Shown in pieces: positions 62,001 to 64,000 of a DNA stretch of 64,000 nucleotides (its first letter is position 1; the number at the start of each line of letters is the position of its first letter). The position numbers and the translations under genes are program-made. Origin of the DNA: Macrostomum hystrix (taxonomy: Eukaryota; Animalia; Platyhelminthes); contig CATNEN010000032.1 of the NCBI GenBank assembly GCA_950097015.1, positions 2,418,001 through 2,482,000 of the forward strand, in the 5' to 3' direction. The notes below the pieces were generated by a model. The model saw nothing but the letters and a program-made list of their open reading frames with translations. It did not search any database and was not told the origin of the DNA.

Positions 62001-63686
62001 ATTTTAAAAGCATGCTCCATGAGATAGATATGTTCGGCGTACAATGTTATTTTCCTCAGACTTAAAAACCTTTATGATTTCGGCCCATTTGGCAGTGACA
62101 GTTGTGTCGCTTTCAGGAATGCGAATTTTTAGTGCACCATTTTGTTGCATTTCCCAGTTGTTTCTAATTGACTTCAGTTGGTGAACCATGTCGTGAATCA
62201 TAAAAAACGTGAATTTTCAAGTATTTTATTGTCAAACTGCACAAATTTCGACTGAACGAAGCATGGCCGGTGAGATATCAGTGCTAAAGGTGAATGGTGG
62301 ATCAGCAGGCCGCCATAAACCTGCGGTTTTTAATCATCGGTGTGTCAGACGGCCAACCAACTCACTTTGATAATATTTCGTAGAGATAGACGCCATTTCT
62401 CTCTCTCAATTGGATCTTTTAGAAATGTAAAAACTTTAACTGCAGTCTTTTCTGTCAGATAGTTGGACTCGCAACCTGCAGCAACGCAGCACTTTCTGGG
62501 CATCAGTGAACTCACGCAAAGCAAAGAAAAGAAAGAAGGAAAGCATGAAAAAAGCGAAAGAAACTGCATGGAAAATTCAATCCCCAGCTTGGCCCGGCCT
62601 ATTGGCTATTAATTCTACGTATTTATTATTTAACGGGCCTAAGCCAGTCATTTAACGGCCTAGGCCGATTAAACATATAGTCTATGGTCACAGTTGCTGT
62701 AAACAGTTTTAGTAGTGCAATCTCGGGAGCCGGGCCAAGCTTTAGGGTTAAGTATAGAATAATACCCCCCTGGTTTTGTTTCTTTGGCCTACGAACGGCT
62801 GAGGACGCGTTTCTTGGCCAAGGCGAAGCCGAGGCCCAGAAGCGCAGTCCGAAGCCGTTCCTAGGCCATAGACAACGAGTTTAGGGGGTGTTATAGTATT
62901 TAATCCTAAAGCTTGGCCCGGCTCCCGAGATTGCACTACTAAAACTGTTTACAGCAACTGTGACCATAGACTATATGTTTATGGTATTATTCTATACTTA
63001 ACACGAACCGATGCGTATACAGCGATTTGTGCATTAGCCACGTCACGCAACTGGTTTGTGTCATAGACATTGACTTTAAGCTGCATTGAGCGCCCAAGTT
63101 TTTTTGCATAGAGGTTGCTATCGGAAACTGGGTTACTGTAAAAACGTGTTTCAGTTCGGTCCATGTTTCAGTTTTAACCAGTTCGGTTAAAACTGGTTGC
63201 TGCAGGTTATAAAGTTATTCGCAAAATTTTTGCTCACGTGTCGAAAAAGCTAAACTCCCACGAGTAAATTCTGGTCAGCAGAAAACTTTGAAAATCGGAC
63301 TCATAAACTTTTCTGCATGAATTAGCCGTTTCCCGTCCCGAGTATTTAGTAGTCCCTGACTGAGCTTTTGTTGGTCGGGGACGAGTGTACACTGAGGGAT
63401 GAGTTGTGGAGTGAGGTTTAACTGGGATTTTGTTGGTCGGGGACAAGTGTACACTGAGGGATGAGTTCTGGAGTGGAGTTGAATGGGCTGTTATTGTTGG
63501 AGGGATGAATTGAGATTGGTGCTGAAATTGGTACTTTTTGCCAAGCTTGTTCAGAAAAGTGAAAAAGAAAATGACACCAACTGCATAACAAAATATGGAG
63601 TATGAGAGGCACACAAAGCTTACCGAATCACTAACGAGAACTCATTGCCAATATGATCACCCAGTCTCAATGGAGTTGGTTTGTAA
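59017..63686 (-). CDS. PUS7: Pseudouridine synthase 7 (TruD family), 3' exons
   Basis: Exons 63686-63624 (YKPTPLRLGDHIGNEFSLVIR), 60808-60122 (GFINYFGLQRFG, HSYQSLLWN, VVLPLPG, GSYR) and 59323-59017 (LPKSAYATVAVREL); phase-consistent. Confidence 0.92.
59385..60045. repeat. Minisatellite of ~30-bp subunits with a 175-bp higher-order period, in the last PUS7 intron
   Basis: Near-identical ORFs starting at 59430, 59605 and 59780 (175-bp spacing). Confidence 0.9.
61900..62504 (-). pseudogene. THAP zinc finger plus P-element-like transposase fragments
   Basis: MPRKCCVAAGCESNY...VFTFLKDPIEREKW (THAP start); FFMIHDMVHQLKSIRNNW and *NVIQKTGVSFALQVFDDKVAAAL resemble P/THAP9 core motifs; internal deletion and in-frame TAA at 62004-62006. 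Confidence 0.72.
62670..62981. mobile_element. ~310-bp foldback / MITE-like element nested in the transposon
   Basis: TAAACATATAGTCTATGGTCACAGTTGCTGTAAACAGTTTTAGTAGTGCAATCTCGGGAGCCGGGCCAAGCTTTAGG pairs with 62905-62981; inner arms TGGCCTACGAACGGCT / AGCCGTTCCTAGGCCA. Confidence 0.8.
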
Positions 63687-64000
63687 CTACAAAGGTGAGA
63701 AAATGGCAATTAAAAACAAGCTCAAGTAACAGGATTAGGCCTAAACATTTAACCGACAGCAGACAAAGCCCCCTTAATTTTTTTCTTTGAAAAAAGTGAA
63801 GCTAGACGCAGTTTGGACGCTCCAAGCGTGTGAATGTTGAAAGCTGACTGCTACTGGGGTGTGTGGGGGCGGAGAGGGAGCTAGCTGTTGGTTCGCCAGC
63901 AAAGTGGCAGAAGCCATCAATCAACTATCCTAAAGGATAAGATAGGAACTGGTGCAGCAATTCTACAGGACGGTGCATTAGCAGCTGCGAGCAGAGGGAC

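Larger units (their letters stand above)
61552..63358 (-). mobile_element. Non-autonomous DNA transposon (P- or hAT-type ends) with ~80-bp TIRs and an 8-bp TSD
   Basis: Left end CAGTGACTATTAACTACTCGGGACGGGAAACGGCCAATTCATGCAGAAAA; right end reverse complement CAGGGACTACTAAATACTCGGGACGGGAAACGGCTAATTCATGCAGAAAA; flanks ACTGGGCT / ACTGAGCT. Confidence 0.88.
60870..63490. repeat. 60-61-bp minisatellite split by a transposon insertion (60870-61551 and 63359-63490)
   Basis: GGGTTGACTGGGCTTTTGTTGGTCGGGGACGAGTGTACACTGAGGGATGAGTTGTGGAGT units resume in register after 63358. Confidence 0.92.

Overview
Eukaryotic (animal) genomic DNA: GC-rich spliced exons separated by AT-rich or minisatellite-filled introns. 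The style suggests a free-living flatworm such as Macrostomum lignano, but this is inference and was not verified. Genes assembled by hand from splice signals and protein motifs: SLC1A/EAAT transporter 5' exon (-); an unrecognised type-I mucin-like membrane protein with two 11-aa repeat blocks (-); Pax2/5/8-like (+); trichoplein TCHP (-); PELP1 (-, 5' end unresolved); glutaminase (-); FRG1 (-); a DEG/ENaC channel (+); SART3 (-, with one GC-AG intron); PUS7 (-, 5' part outside the window or unresolved). Most long ORFs in the supplied track are artefacts of about 25 tandem-repeat arrays. Mobile DNA: five copies of a tRNA-derived SINE, a possible CORE-like SINE, a decayed LINE 3' end, and a 1.8-kb TIR element with an 8-bp TSD. 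That element carries THAP/P-transposase remnants and a nested 310-bp foldback, and sits inside a minisatellite in a PUS7 intron. No rRNA, bona fide tRNA or CRISPR array was seen.
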